Notes: generated from the letters alone by a model not told the origin. A stretch of 64,000 bases of DNA from Terriglobia bacterium (GCA_025363475.1 JANYDS010000095.1:25236-89235); one strand, 5' to 3'. Positions 1-11,044 are shown, numbered from the stretch's first letter. Numbers and translations: made by a program.

Positions 1-376
1 AAACGTTAAGCAGTTGAGTGGCGACCCAATCGGGCACTGGGAAGGCAGCACTCTGGTGGTGGATATCACAGGCTTCAACGGTCATAGTCAGATTGCCACC
101 AGCGCCGCCACCGGACGCATACGCGGAATGCCGGAGACGGAAAACCTGCACGTTGTGGAGCGGTTCACGCGGGTGAATGAGAACACGATTAACTATGAAG
201 TTACGATCAACGACCCTCCGATGTATTCGAAGCCGTGGAAGGTACAGATTCCGCTGAGCCGCGAGCCGGACTACCAGATTTACGAGTATGCCTGCGCGGA
301 AGGCAATCAGGCCGTGGGTCTGATTCTGAAGGGCGGACGGGCGCAGGACGCGACGGCGGCCAAAGCTGGAAAGTAA
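1..376 (+). CDS. hypothetical protein, C-terminal part (gene starts left of the window)
   Basis: The frame of ORF 14..376 has no stop back to nt 2, so the ORF is open at the window edge. No family recognised from the visible 120 aa. Confidence 0.5.
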   Translation, partial: NVKQLSGDPIGHWEGSTLVVDITGFNGHSQIATSAATGRIRGMPETENLHVVERFTRVNENTINYEVTINDPPMYSKPWKVQIPLSREPDYQIYEYACAEGNQAVGLILKGGRAQDATAAKAGK

Positions 377-446
377 ACCCCGGTGCGGCGACAACCTCTT
401 GAGATAATGACAAATTGATCCAAAAAAGAGGAGCACCACAACAGAG

Positions 447-1676
447 ATGAGCAAAATCAAGGTCATCACGCCCGTCGTTGAGATGGACGGGGATGAGATG
501 ACACGCATTATCTGGCAGCAGATCCGCGAGCGCCTGATTCTTCCCTGGCTGGATATCGATCTGAAATATTACGATCTGTCCGTCGAGAACCGCGACTTAA
601 CGAACGATCAGGTGACGATTGATTCGGCCAACGCGACGAAACAGTATGGCGTTGCCGTGAAATGCGCCACCATCACACCCGATGAAGCGCGCGTCAAAGA
701 ATTCGGCCTTAAGCAGATGTGGCGGAGCCCGAACGGCACCATCCGCAATATCCTGGACGGTACGATTTTTCGCGAACCCATCGTTTGTAAAAACGTCCCC
801 CGCATCGTTTCCCACTGGGACAAACCGGTGGTTGTGGCCCGCCACGGTTTCGCCGATCAGTACCGCGCGACTGACTTTCAGTTCCCCTGTGCCGGCACTC
901 TGTCGATGACCTTCACGCCTGCCGATGGCAGCGCGCCAATCGTCCGCGAAGTGATTAAGACCAACGGCCCGGGAATCGCGCTTGGCATGTTCAACCTGGA
1001 TAGTTCGATCACGGGCTTCGCGCGCGCCTGCTTCAAGTACGCCCTCGACCGCAATTATCCGGTTTATCTCTCCACCAAGAACACGATTCTGAAGGTCTAT
1101 GACGGACGCTTCAAGAACATTTTTCAGGAGATTTTCGATGCGGAATACAAGGGTCTGTTTGACGCAAAGGGTCTGACGTACGAGCACCGTCTGATTGACG
1201 ACATGGTGGCGTCAAATCTGAAGTGGAACGGCGGCTATCTCTGGGCCTGCAAGAACTATGACGGCGATGTGCAGTCTGACACCGTCGCGCAGGGCTACGG
1301 TTCTCTGGGTCTGATGACGTCAGTCCTGATGTCACCCGATGGCAAGACGATTGAAGCGGAAGCGGCGCACGGCACCGTCACGCGGCATTACCGGATGCAC
1401 CAGCAGGGCAAACCGACTTCGACCAATCCGATTGCTTCGATCTATGCGTGGACACGGGGCCTGCAGTATCGCGGCAAGATGGACGGCACTCCCGATGTGG
1501 TGAAGTTTGCTGAGACGCTGGAGAAAGCATGTACGGATGTGGTCGAATCCGGTCGCATGACCAAAGATCTGGCGATTCTGATTGCTGCTGATCATCCGTT
1601 TTTGACGACGGAAGCGTTTATGGACGCGGTTGAAGGCGAGTTGAAGAAGCAACTCCAGCAGGAACTATCCGATTAA
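447..1676 (+). CDS. icd: NADP-dependent isocitrate dehydrogenase (eukaryote-like homodimeric type)
   Basis: 409-aa ORF. The N-terminus [21 protein letters not shown] and the overall length match the IDH1/2-type NADP-IDH family. Confidence 0.95.
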   Translation: MSKIKVITPVVEMDGDEMTRIIWQQIRERLILPWLDIDLKYYDLSVENRDLTNDQVTIDSANATKQYGVAVKCATITPDEARVKEFGLKQMWRSPNGTIRNILDGTIFREPIVCKNVPRIVSHWDKPVVVARHGFADQYRATDFQFPCAGTLSMTFTPADGSAPIVREVIKTNGPGIALGMFNLDSSITGFARACFKYALDRNYPVYLSTKNTILKVYDGRFKNIFQEIFDAEYKGLFDAKGLTYEHRLIDDMVASNLKWNGGYLWACKNYDGDVQSDTVAQGYGSLGLMTSVLMSPDGKTIEAEAAHGTVTRHYRMHQQGKPTSTNPIASIYAWTRGLQYRGKMDGTPDVVKFAETLEKACTDVVESGRMTKDLAILIAADHPFLTTEAFMDAVEGELKKQLQQELSD

Positions 1677-1681
1677 GAAGG

Positions 1682-3135
<1,454 letters not shown>

Positions 3136-3144
3136 CGAACCAAG

Positions 3145-3591
3145 TTAGCGCGGTCGGCGGCGGGCAACACGGTAAACTCTGAGCTTGCCCGCTCCGCCGA
3201 TAGCCACGGCGTCACCGCCGGACGAAATTGCTGATTCAAAAAACTTTCGCTGACCCCTGGGGCTGGTCCGCACTTCCTCAACACGCCAGTGGGCGATTCG
3301 CTTGCCCGTCTGGAAATCCGTGAGATCCATGGAACGCCGACAGTAAATACAATCCCTGTCCATCTCGGCAGGAAGTCTAACCACTGTTTCGTCAGGCGCA
3401 AGAATCGTATCTGCCGTTGCGTAAATACGCCCGAATCCTGCGTGCGGGAATGCCCGTCTCAGAATCACGTTGCCTGTCGAGACGTCGTGACAAATGAGTC
3501 CCTGCCCCGAACTTGCTGGTGAAAGGTTGGCTTGCGTACAGAAAGCGGTCCCGGCGTTGGCAAACATCCCGAACCCGCTTGTTTCCGGCAC
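3145..3591 (-). CDS. hypothetical protein (possibly a gene fragment)
   Basis: 148-aa ORF with no recognisable family. It lies in a poorly coding patch between thiC and a toxin remnant. Confidence 0.3.
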   Translation of the reverse strand: MPETSGFGMFANAGTAFCTQANLSPASSGQGLICHDVSTGNVILRRAFPHAGFGRIYATADTILAPDETVVRLPAEMDRDCIYCRRSMDLTDFQTGKRIAHWRVEEVRTSPRGQRKFFESAISSGGDAVAIGGAGKLRVYRVARRRPR

Positions 3592-3661
3592 AGACCACCG
3601 CCTGACCTCAACTTGATCCCGGCTGCTGACAAGCGTTACATCGTTCGATGCCTGGCCACAG

Positions 3662-3859
3662 ATGTCGATTTATCAGGACCCTGAAACTGACTACCACGTC
3701 TTGCGAACCACCCTGCGTCTGGCAACCACCCACCGGTTGACAGTTTACGATGCAACCTACCTCGAACCGGCGATTCGCCGGAATCTGCCACTCGCAACTC
3801 TGGACCGCAAAATTGCGGGTTGCGGCTGTAGAGTGCAGAGTCGACTGCTGGGGTTGTGA
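3662..3859 (+). pseudogene. PIN-domain VapC toxin remnant (C-terminal third only)
   Basis: The 65-aa ORF contains RLATTHRLTVYDATYLEPAIRRNLPLATLDRKI, which matches only the C-terminal part of VapC/PIN toxins. The frame closes at a TGA near 3614, so the N-terminal catalytic half is absent. No antitoxin ORF lies upstream. Confidence 0.55.
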
Positions 3860-3862
3860 ACA

Positions 3863-4762
3863 GTGATATGCTGCGATGTTATGCGGCATTTTAGATACAC
3901 TTCCCTGCTGATGCTTGGCGCAGCCTGTTTTTCGCAGCTTGCCGGGCAGATTCCCATGGTGCCAGAAGAATTGATTGCTCGCAATCTGGGGCCGCGGGAT
4001 CAGGTGAACAAGCCGTTCCCGGCTCACAAGATCATTGGCAACATCTATTTCGTGGGCTCGCAGGCGCTGGGTTCTTTCCTGGTGGTCACGCCGGCGGGGC
4101 TGATCCTGATCAACAGCGATTACGAAGCGACCGTGCCAGTGATCAAAGACTCCGTCGAGAAACTGGGCTTCAAAGTTACGGATATCAAGATCCTGCTGGG
4201 CAGCCACGCTCATGGTGACCATATGGAAGGCGACGCGATGGTCAAGGAAATGAGCGGCAGTCAGGTTTATGCTATGGCAGAAGACGTTCCCGCGCTGCAG
4301 GCGATGAAACCGGGCGGCAAAGCGCACCCGATTGACCGCATCATTCATGACGGCGATCAGGTTACTTTGGGCGGAACCACACTTACTGCGCATCTTACTC
4401 CGGGACATACAAAAGGCTGCACTACATGGACGTTGAAAGCCGAGGAGGGCGGTAAGTCTTACGATGTCGTGATTGTTGGCAGCTCAGGCGTAAACCCCGG
4501 CGTGAAGCTGGTCAATAACGCAGAGTATCCGAATATCGCGGACGATTTTATTCATACGTTCCAGACTCTGCGTTCCCTGCATTGTGACGTACCGCTGGGG
4601 TCACATCCGGCTATGTATAACATGGCTGCGAAGTACGCGCTGGTGGGCAAGGGGACGAATCCGTATATCGATCCGGAAGGCTACAGGATTGAGATTGATA
4701 TCAATGACGCTGTCTTCTACCGCACGCTGGCTGCGCAGAAGAAGGCGGCTGGAATACGTTAA
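3863..4762 (+). CDS. metallo-beta-lactamase fold protein, subclass B3-like
   Basis: 299-aa ORF with a signal-like hydrophobic N-terminus and the motifs HAHGDH, PGHT and GSH, spaced as the B3 zinc ligands are. ATG at 3881 is an alternative start. Confidence 0.85.
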   Translation: MICCDVMRHFRYTSLLMLGAACFSQLAGQIPMVPEELIARNLGPRDQVNKPFPAHKIIGNIYFVGSQALGSFLVVTPAGLILINSDYEATVPVIKDSVEKLGFKVTDIKILLGSHAHGDHMEGDAMVKEMSGSQVYAMAEDVPALQAMKPGGKAHPIDRIIHDGDQVTLGGTTLTAHLTPGHTKGCTTWTLKAEEGGKSYDVVIVGSSGVNPGVKLVNNAEYPNIADDFIHTFQTLRSLHCDVPLGSHPAMYNMAAKYALVGKGTNPYIDPEGYRIEIDINDAVFYRTLAAQKKAAGIR

Positions 4763-5937
4763 TGGCCTGGTAACACGGTTGCGGCGGCGATGCGCAGGCG
4801 TCCATCTGTTGTTCGATCAATAAAGTATCGGGTCAGTTGATCGCCATCAATTACGGCAAAGCCGAAATTGGTGGCGATTACCGTTTTGCCGCCAGCCTGA
4901 ACAATGCCATGGGCGATGTCAGGCAGCGGGAAACGTCGGATCGTTTCCGTTTGGCGGTCATACCGGAGCACGCCGCCCGCCGAGCCGCCATACTCAGTGT
5001 TGTATACGAGCGCCATCCAAATGGCATCAGGCTGAACGTCGAGAGCTGAGACGGACCAGTCCACCAGCTCTGGCGGATTGAAGACGCGAATTTTGTGTTC
5101 TGCCGTATCGAAATAGCCGAACCCGCCGACGCCGGTGCTGCCTTCTCCGTCGTAGAAGTTCTTGCCGAACCAGATTCGTGAACCTTCGCGCTGCCACGGG
5201 CCAATTGTGTCCTTCAGGTCAATAACTTCGCGCTTAAAGCCCTCGCTCACCCGCTGTGGCCGTGCTGCTGCGAACTCTTCGTAAGTAGTGCGGGGCAGCG
5301 CCGGAACATCGGTGGGAAAAGGCTTTGTTTCTCGATTGGCGTCGAAGCGCTTTGCTTCGGCCTCGCCAAGGATTCGGAAGGCGGGGGATTTGTCCGCCTT
5401 ATATTCCACGGCTATCTGGCGCTGGTTGTCACTCACTACAAAGACCGAGCGTCCGGCAGATGGGATGGTTCGAAGGGTGGCGTACGGCTGGTACGCGAAC
5501 TGCGCCACCAGGCGTTTCGCGCGGACATCGTAAACCCATTTTTGATGAGGATAATTTGACGGTTTTTCACCCTTACAGGAAACAACGGTATCGGTGCCTG
5601 TGGCACGTTCGAGCCCCATTGCGCAATCGGCAAAACCGGCGCGGGAACCCAGCGCATACACGCGTGATGGTTGGGCCTTGTCCTGGAGGAACAAACCGAT
5701 TTTTCGTACTTCCGTCCACCAGTTCACGGACACCTGACCGAACGGCTGGGAGTCGGGACTCCCCATGGCGATCACCAGATCAAGGGCTTCAGTTACGCCG
5801 CTGCGCTGCAGGGTGACGAATTGAGTGAGCTGCGGGTCGGCTCTTCTGAAAGCTACAAATACGGCAGAGTCGCTAAGGTCAACTTCGGCTGGCAGAAGCG
5901 CGGCACAAAAAACAATCGTGACTGCGGACCACATCAT
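4759..5937 (-). CDS. hypothetical secreted protein
   Basis: 392-aa ORF with an N-terminal hydrophobic segment and no recognised family. Its stop overlaps the convergent MBL stop (TTAA). Confidence 0.6.
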   Translation of the reverse strand: MMWSAVTIVFCAALLPAEVDLSDSAVFVAFRRADPQLTQFVTLQRSGVTEALDLVIAMGSPDSQPFGQVSVNWWTEVRKIGLFLQDKAQPSRVYALGSRAGFADCAMGLERATGTDTVVSCKGEKPSNYPHQKWVYDVRAKRLVAQFAYQPYATLRTIPSAGRSVFVVSDNQRQIAVEYKADKSPAFRILGEAEAKRFDANRETKPFPTDVPALPRTTYEEFAAARPQRVSEGFKREVIDLKDTIGPWQREGSRIWFGKNFYDGEGSTGVGGFGYFDTAEHKIRVFNPPELVDWSVSALDVQPDAIWMALVYNTEYGGSAGGVLRYDRQTETIRRFPLPDIAHGIVQAGGKTVIATNFGFAVIDGDQLTRYFIDRTTDGRLRIAAATVLPGH

Positions 5938-5960
5938 ACTGCCGATGAGTCTACCGCGAA

Positions 5961-6689
5961 TTACGACTGGCGGGTGGCGCGATTACGGCTGGAGCGCCAG
6001 GCGAACAGTACGATGCCGGTGGCGACGGATACATTGAGTGAGGCGATCTGGCCGACCATAGGAATGCGCACCAGTGCATCACAGTTTTTGCGGACCAGAT
6101 CATGCAGGCCTTTGCCCTCACCACCCATGACTACCGCTGATTTTTCCGCCCATTCGATTTCGTCGTAGTTGACTGTGCCGCGCTCGTCGAGGCCGTAGAT
6201 GAAATAGCCTTCGTCTTTGAGCGAACGCAGGGTCTGGTTGATGTTGACGGCCTGGACGACGGGCAGGTGTTCGAGTGCGCCGGCGGCTGATTTAGCAACG
6301 GTCTCGGTGAGTCCGGCGGCGCGGCGTTCGGGGATGATGACGGCTCCGGCGCCGGCGGCATGCGCGGTGCGGATGATCGCTCCGAGGTTGTGGGGGTCTT
6401 CCACGCCATCCAGGATTACGAGCAGGTTGGAATTGGCCTGGATGTCGTCAATATTGGCGTATTTCTTTTCCGCGCCGATCGCTACGATGCCCTGATGAGA
6501 TTTAGCGGCGGCGGTACGGTCAAGCGTGCCACGGTCTTCGAAGCGGACGGGGGTGCCGGCGGCGCGAGCGAGGTCGATGACTTCCTGGATTCGCTGGCCA
6601 CCGGCACCACGTGCGATGAGGATGCGTTCGAGGGGACGCTTGGCCTTGAGGGCTTCAACTACGGGATGTACACCAATGAGAATGGCCAA
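5961..6689 (-). CDS. rlmB: 23S rRNA (guanosine-2'-O)-methyltransferase RlmB (SpoU/TrmH family)
   Basis: 242-aa ORF with an RlmB-like N-terminal domain (IGVHPVVEALKA) and a C-terminal SpoU methylase core. TTG start. Confidence 0.85.
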   Translation of the reverse strand: MAILIGVHPVVEALKAKRPLERILIARGAGGQRIQEVIDLARAAGTPVRFEDRGTLDRTAAAKSHQGIVAIGAEKKYANIDDIQANSNLLVILDGVEDPHNLGAIIRTAHAAGAGAVIIPERRAAGLTETVAKSAAGALEHLPVVQAVNINQTLRSLKDEGYFIYGLDERGTVNYDEIEWAEKSAVVMGGEGKGLHDLVRKNCDALVRIPMVGQIASLNVSVATGIVLFAWRSSRNRATRQS

Positions 6690-6763
6690 ATAAGCATGAT
6701 CCCACGGGAACAGCGAAGGGGGTTAGTGGGTTCGCGAGAGGGGCTGGGATATACTGGTTTCAC

Positions 6764-6840
<77 letters not shown>

Positions 6841-7033
6841 TCTCTTCAATTTAAAATAATTAAGCCATCGGAAGCCACTGTTTCCTTGCACGCGGTTTTT
6901 TGGGCGTGGGCCTGACGATTGGCCCCGTCAATTGCGAGTACGGGGCGGAAGACCAACATCACCGTGGACCCTTCCGGCCCTGCGGATCACCAAGCGATAA
7001 GAGCCGACATTGATTCGTTTAGTAGCGTAACGT

Positions 7034-7279
7034 TTACTGAATTTGTCCCTTCAGCCCGAAGTGAGATGAAAGAAGTAATTCGCCCTTAAGTCCCACCACT
7101 TTGATATTTTGGATGCCAAAATGTCGATTGGCTCGTGCCCACACAAATCCGCCCAGGCCCCGGCAAATATCTTGGGGCAACCCGCTTGCATCAAGCGACC
7201 CGGGCGTAATCGTCGTCATGGCTGACACAGTATCGCGTTCAACCGTAAACCCCTTTACGAGGATGCGCAGGCGCTTCAT
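7034..7279 (-). CDS. hypothetical small protein (may be non-coding)
   Basis: 81-aa ORF without a recognisable family, in the AT-richer patch downstream of tRNA-Arg. Confidence 0.25.
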   Translation of the reverse strand: MKRLRILVKGFTVERDTVSAMTTITPGSLDASGLPQDICRGLGGFVWARANRHFGIQNIKVVGLKGELLLSSHFGLKGQIQ

Positions 7280-7441
7280 TTCGGTGTAACGAACATCAGC
7301 AACAGTGTCCCTTCTTGATTGTCCCGAAACCGAGACTGTGGGGCTGGTCCAGTCTTTCCACCAAACATACAGCTATCAGGCAGTATGCGAAGCCGCGCAC
7401 CTGTCTAATATCCGCCCCCGCAGTCAGGTTTCGACCCATGC

Positions 7442-7663
7442 TTGAACGGTCTGTGTCCATATTTGTACCCACCCCGCCCGACTGAAGTGCTGATGGAGGC
7501 TGAAGAGAGCGGACTCTCGCAAAGATCGGCGATTTTGTTGAACCAGATCAGGTCTGTTGACGCGAGACGACTGGTGAAAAAAATCGGCACGGCGAAGAGC
7601 GGCGTGATGGGGCGGACAGGCCAGGCGATCCAGATCAGCCTCGGGTTGACAATGGACCTATGA
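7442..7663 (+). pseudogene. MazF/PemK-family toxin remnant (C-terminal half)
   Basis: The tail PTEVLMEAEESGLSQRSAILLNQIRSVDARRLVKKIGTA...QISLGL matches the C-terminal half of MazF/PemK endoribonucleases. The frame opens only at about 7409, so the N-terminal half is missing. No antitoxin ORF lies upstream. Confidence 0.5.
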
Positions 7664-10029
7664 CGAACCCGTTCGGCAGTTTTTTCAAAATTCCGTCGGT
7701 GATGCTGGAAGCGGGTCTCGGGCTGCTGGATTCGGGCGCGAAGAGTCTGTTTTCACCCGCTGAACCGGCGTCGAACGCTCCGCCTGTGCAAGGTCCGCAG
7801 GATCTGAATACTGCTCTGGCGGATTTTGCCAATCAGATGGTGCGGATCGGGTGGATCACTATGCCCGAAGGTCTTCCATTGCAGAAAATAGCCGGCGATG
7901 TGATGAACTCCGCGCGACGGGCTTTCGGGTACCTGGATATTTCGAGTCCCATGGCGCTGGCGAAACTGCCGCTCGAACTGCCTTTCTCCGCCACCGGCAT
8001 TGCAGCCGACACCATGCTGCGGATGATGGCAATTTACTCCGTTGTAGGTCCGAAGCGGCTCGCGGTTTTCCTCAGCAATGCGGCTGAGGTCTATTGCGAG
8101 ACAGCAGTCTTCATCGGCCTCGAATACAAAGAAGTGATCGAGCGCTATCAGGCGCGGCTGAAGACGCATCCCGATGATGCAGAGACGCATTTGGAACTGG
8201 GCCGCGTCTATATCAAATGCGGGCTGTATGACCAGGCGATTGCTGAACTCGACGTTGCCGCGCAGTATCCGGCGACGCGCGCTAAGGCGCGACATGAATC
8301 GGCTCTGTCGCACTTCCGGTCAGGACGGATGCGCGAGGCGATTGCCGATGGCGTAGAAGCCATGAAAGCCGACCCTGACAACGAGCGGGCGCGGGCCTCC
8401 ATGTGGCTGGCCGCCAAAGCGATTGGCGGGTATCCGGACAGCGTGCCCGCGTCGAGCCGTATGGAATTGAAAGCCGGGTATGCGGAAACCAAAGTCCGGT
8501 TTGAAGATATCGCGGCGAAGATCGGGATGGATAAGATCTGCGCCGGTCGCGGAACCGCAGTCTTCGATTTCAATAACGACGGACTGCTGGACATTGTGAT
8601 CACAGCTGGCCATGCGGGCTGCACGCTTTACCGCAACAACGGCGACGGAACGTTTACGGATGTCTCAGTAGGCTCTGGCCTTGACGGCTGCATCAACGCC
8701 TTCGTGGTGATTGCAGGCGATTACGATAACGACGGGTTTGTGGATCTGTTCGTGACGCGGCAGGGCTTCTACTATGGCAACTGCGCGCTCTATCACAACA
8801 ATGGCGATGGCACGTTTACCGATGTGACGGTGCAAGCGGGCGTGCAGACATGGGGTCCGGCATATACAGCGTCCTTCGTGGATTATGACTGCGACGGGCA
8901 TCTGGATTTGTTTATCGCGTTCAATCTGGGCGGGATGTTTGACCGGCGTCTGAAGAACCGGTTGTTCCATAACAATGGCGATGGCACGTTTACGGATGTG
9001 ACAGAACATGCGGGTCTCGACAGCGTGTTTACAACCATCGGATCATGCTGGGGCGATTACAACAATGACGGGTATCCCGATCTGTTTGTATCGAGCGGGC
9101 TGGGGCGTCCGCAGCTGTTCCGCAACAATGGCAACGGCACGTTTACCGATGTGAGCGCGGAGGCAGGCTTAACGGAATTTGTGGTGGGCACCACCTGTTT
9201 CTTCGCCGATTACAACAACGACGGCTGGCTCGACATTGTGCAGTATTCGTGGTCTGACCATGAAGACGTGATTTACACGATGCGCAACGGGACCGGGCCG
9301 GCGGATGGCGCGCCGCTGGTGGTTTATCACAACAACGGCGACGGCACGTTTACGGCGAAGACGCGCGAAGTGGGGCTGGACGGCTGCTGGGGCACGATGG
9401 CAGGCAATTATGGCGACGTGAATAACGATGGCTATATTGATTTGCTGCTGGGAAACGGGAGTCCGCGAATGGAGCGTCTGGAACCGTTTGTGCTGCTGGA
9501 GAATGACCACGGGCATTTCCGCAATACAACGTTTGCAGCGGGTCTGCCGTTCTGGGGCAAGAGCCACGGAACGAATTGCGCGGATCTGTTTGGGGATGGC
9601 CGGATGTCGATCATCATTGCCTGCGGTGGCGGCTATCCGGGCGATCTGCTGATGACGGCGGTGCATTGTCCCGTCACGCTGCCGGGGAATTATTTAAATG
9701 TGCGGCTGGCAGGCACGAAGAGCAACCGGGATGGCAACGGGGCTCGGATCACGGTGGTCAGCGGAGCCATGCACCAGATGCGGGAAGTCTCGCACGGGAG
9801 CAGTTTCGGATGCTTGCCGCTGGAGCAGCATTTCGGGCTGGGCGATGCTGTGGCGATTGATTCGGTGGAGATTCGGTGGCCGGGCGGATCGCGCCAGGTG
9901 GTGCCGCGGCCCCCTGTGAATGCGACGATCCGTGTGACGGAGGGGGTAGCGGACTGGGAGTTCGTTTATGCCCGCGATTTGGCCAGCCACTCTGCGAAGA
10001 CTTTGGCTGAGCCTTCCATCAAAGCCTGA
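7660..10029 (+). CDS. CRTAC1-family protein (TPR-like N-terminus, FG-GAP/VCBS repeats, ASPIC/UnbV C-terminus)
   Basis: 789-aa ORF with five NNG(D/N)GTFT repeats plus DYDNDG/DYNNDG calcium-type loops, and a C-terminal GARITV...VEIRWPGG segment. The start is uncertain (ATGA overlap with the preceding remnant). Confidence 0.85.
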   Translation: MTNPFGSFFKIPSVMLEAGLGLLDSGAKSLFSPAEPASNAPPVQGPQDLNTALADFANQMVRIGWITMPEGLPLQKIAGDVMNSARRAFGYLDISSPMALAKLPLELPFSATGIAADTMLRMMAIYSVVGPKRLAVFLSNAAEVYCETAVFIGLEYKEVIERYQARLKTHPDDAETHLELGRVYIKCGLYDQAIAELDVAAQYPATRAKARHESALSHFRSGRMREAIADGVEAMKADPDNERARASMWLAAKAIGGYPDSVPASSRMELKAGYAETKVRFEDIAAKIGMDKICAGRGTAVFDFNNDGLLDIVITAGHAGCTLYRNNGDGTFTDVSVGSGLDGCINAFVVIAGDYDNDGFVDLFVTRQGFYYGNCALYHNNGDGTFTDVTVQAGVQTWGPAYTASFVDYDCDGHLDLFIAFNLGGMFDRRLKNRLFHNNGDGTFTDVTEHAGLDSVFTTIGSCWGDYNNDGYPDLFVSSGLGRPQLFRNNGNGTFTDVSAEAGLTEFVVGTTCFFADYNNDGWLDIVQYSWSDHEDVIYTMRNGTGPADGAPLVVYHNNGDGTFTAKTREVGLDGCWGTMAGNYGDVNNDGYIDLLLGNGSPRMERLEPFVLLENDHGHFRNTTFAAGLPFWGKSHGTNCADLFGDGRMSIIIACGGGYPGDLLMTAVHCPVTLPGNYLNVRLAGTKSNRDGNGARITVVSGAMHQMREVSHGSSFGCLPLEQHFGLGDAVAIDSVEIRWPGGSRQVVPRPPVNATIRVTEGVADWEFVYARDLASHSAKTLAEPSIKA

Positions 10030-11000
10030 TGCACGCGGCCATGCTGGGTGGCCATGTTGAGGTCCATGAAGTTGTGGAAGGGCTGCGATTTCTTCAGGCC
10101 GAAGGTTAGTTTTTCGAGCGCGTCTGAAGTGCCGTACAGCGGGCACGGGATACCTTTGCCGAAGTCGAAAACCTTTTTGGGGCGTGCGCCGGCGACGAAA
10201 TCCATATCGCAGCGGATTTCGTTGTTATCGCGCAGCAGGAAGGAGAAAGTCTTGATGGCCCAGTTGAATTTGCCGGGTCCGAAACCGAAGTTGTTGGGGA
10301 TGGGCGCGAAGTCGATGAAGGGGTAGCCGAAGGCGACTTCATATTTGTAACCCGGTTTGGGGTTGGTGCCGATGTGGATGAAGTCGGGGTGCTGGACCAG
10401 GGTCGCGGCTTCCTTAAGGTGTTGCGTGATGGGGCCGAGTTTGAGCACGAAGTCGTGCAGGAAGACGGTGAAGAGCGACCACTGGTATTTGGTGCCGATC
10501 TCCGGCCAGTCGCGGATTACAGGCTTTTCTGCGGGGCTGTAGCGGCCAATGGTGCCATCGGCGGCGCGGTAGAGGAGTTGCTCGAAGGTGAAGCCGCCGG
10601 GATGGCCGTCTGGGTAGGTCCAGTGGGCGCTGTTGAGGAAATGGTTGAGGACGAAGTCTTGCAGCAGTTCTTCCGGGTTGGGCGCGTCGATTTTTCCGAA
10701 TTCAACTTCCTGAAGGCAGCCGAGGGCGGTGAGTTCCTGGTTGTTGATGGTGACGTCGGCGAAGTAGCCCCAGGCTTTGTTTTGTAATTTGTAAGGGCGG
10801 TTGAGATTGACTTCGTGGAGGTCGATTTTACGGTTGGGGTCGCGTCTCCAGTGTTCGAGCTGGAGGCCGTCTTTGATGGCGATTTCGGTTTTTTCGAGGA
10901 GGAATCGTTCGTGCGGGGTGAGGTCGGACATGGGCGCGGTGGAGATCACTTTAGCATGGATTGTATTGTAGGGGCTTTGCCGGCGAACAGGACGATCCAC
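9966..11000 (-). CDS. hypothetical protein
   Basis: 344-aa ORF (GTG at 11000; ATG near 10931 is an alternative) with coding-like composition and no recognised family. Its 3' end overlaps the convergent CRTAC1-like gene by 64 nt. Confidence 0.6.
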   Translation of the reverse strand: MDRPVRRQSPYNTIHAKVISTAPMSDLTPHERFLLEKTEIAIKDGLQLEHWRRDPNRKIDLHEVNLNRPYKLQNKAWGYFADVTINNQELTALGCLQEVEFGKIDAPNPEELLQDFVLNHFLNSAHWTYPDGHPGGFTFEQLLYRAADGTIGRYSPAEKPVIRDWPEIGTKYQWSLFTVFLHDFVLKLGPITQHLKEAATLVQHPDFIHIGTNPKPGYKYEVAFGYPFIDFAPIPNNFGFGPGKFNWAIKTFSFLLRDNNEIRCDMDFVAGARPKKVFDFGKGIPCPLYGTSDALEKLTFGLKKSQPFHNFMDLNMATQHGRVHQALMEGSAKVFAEWLAKSRA

Positions 11001-11004
11001 AGGA

Positions 11005-11033
11005 TTGTACGTTTGACGTCACTCATCTATACT
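11005..11033 (+). promoter_or_regulatory. candidate higBA promoter with palindromic operator
   Basis: TTGTAC (11005-11010), a 17-nt spacer, then TATACT (11028-11033). The spacer contains the perfect palindrome TGACGTCA (11014-11021). The ATG is 11 nt after the -10 box. Confidence 0.35.
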
Positions 11034-11044
11034 GGTGAAACTGG

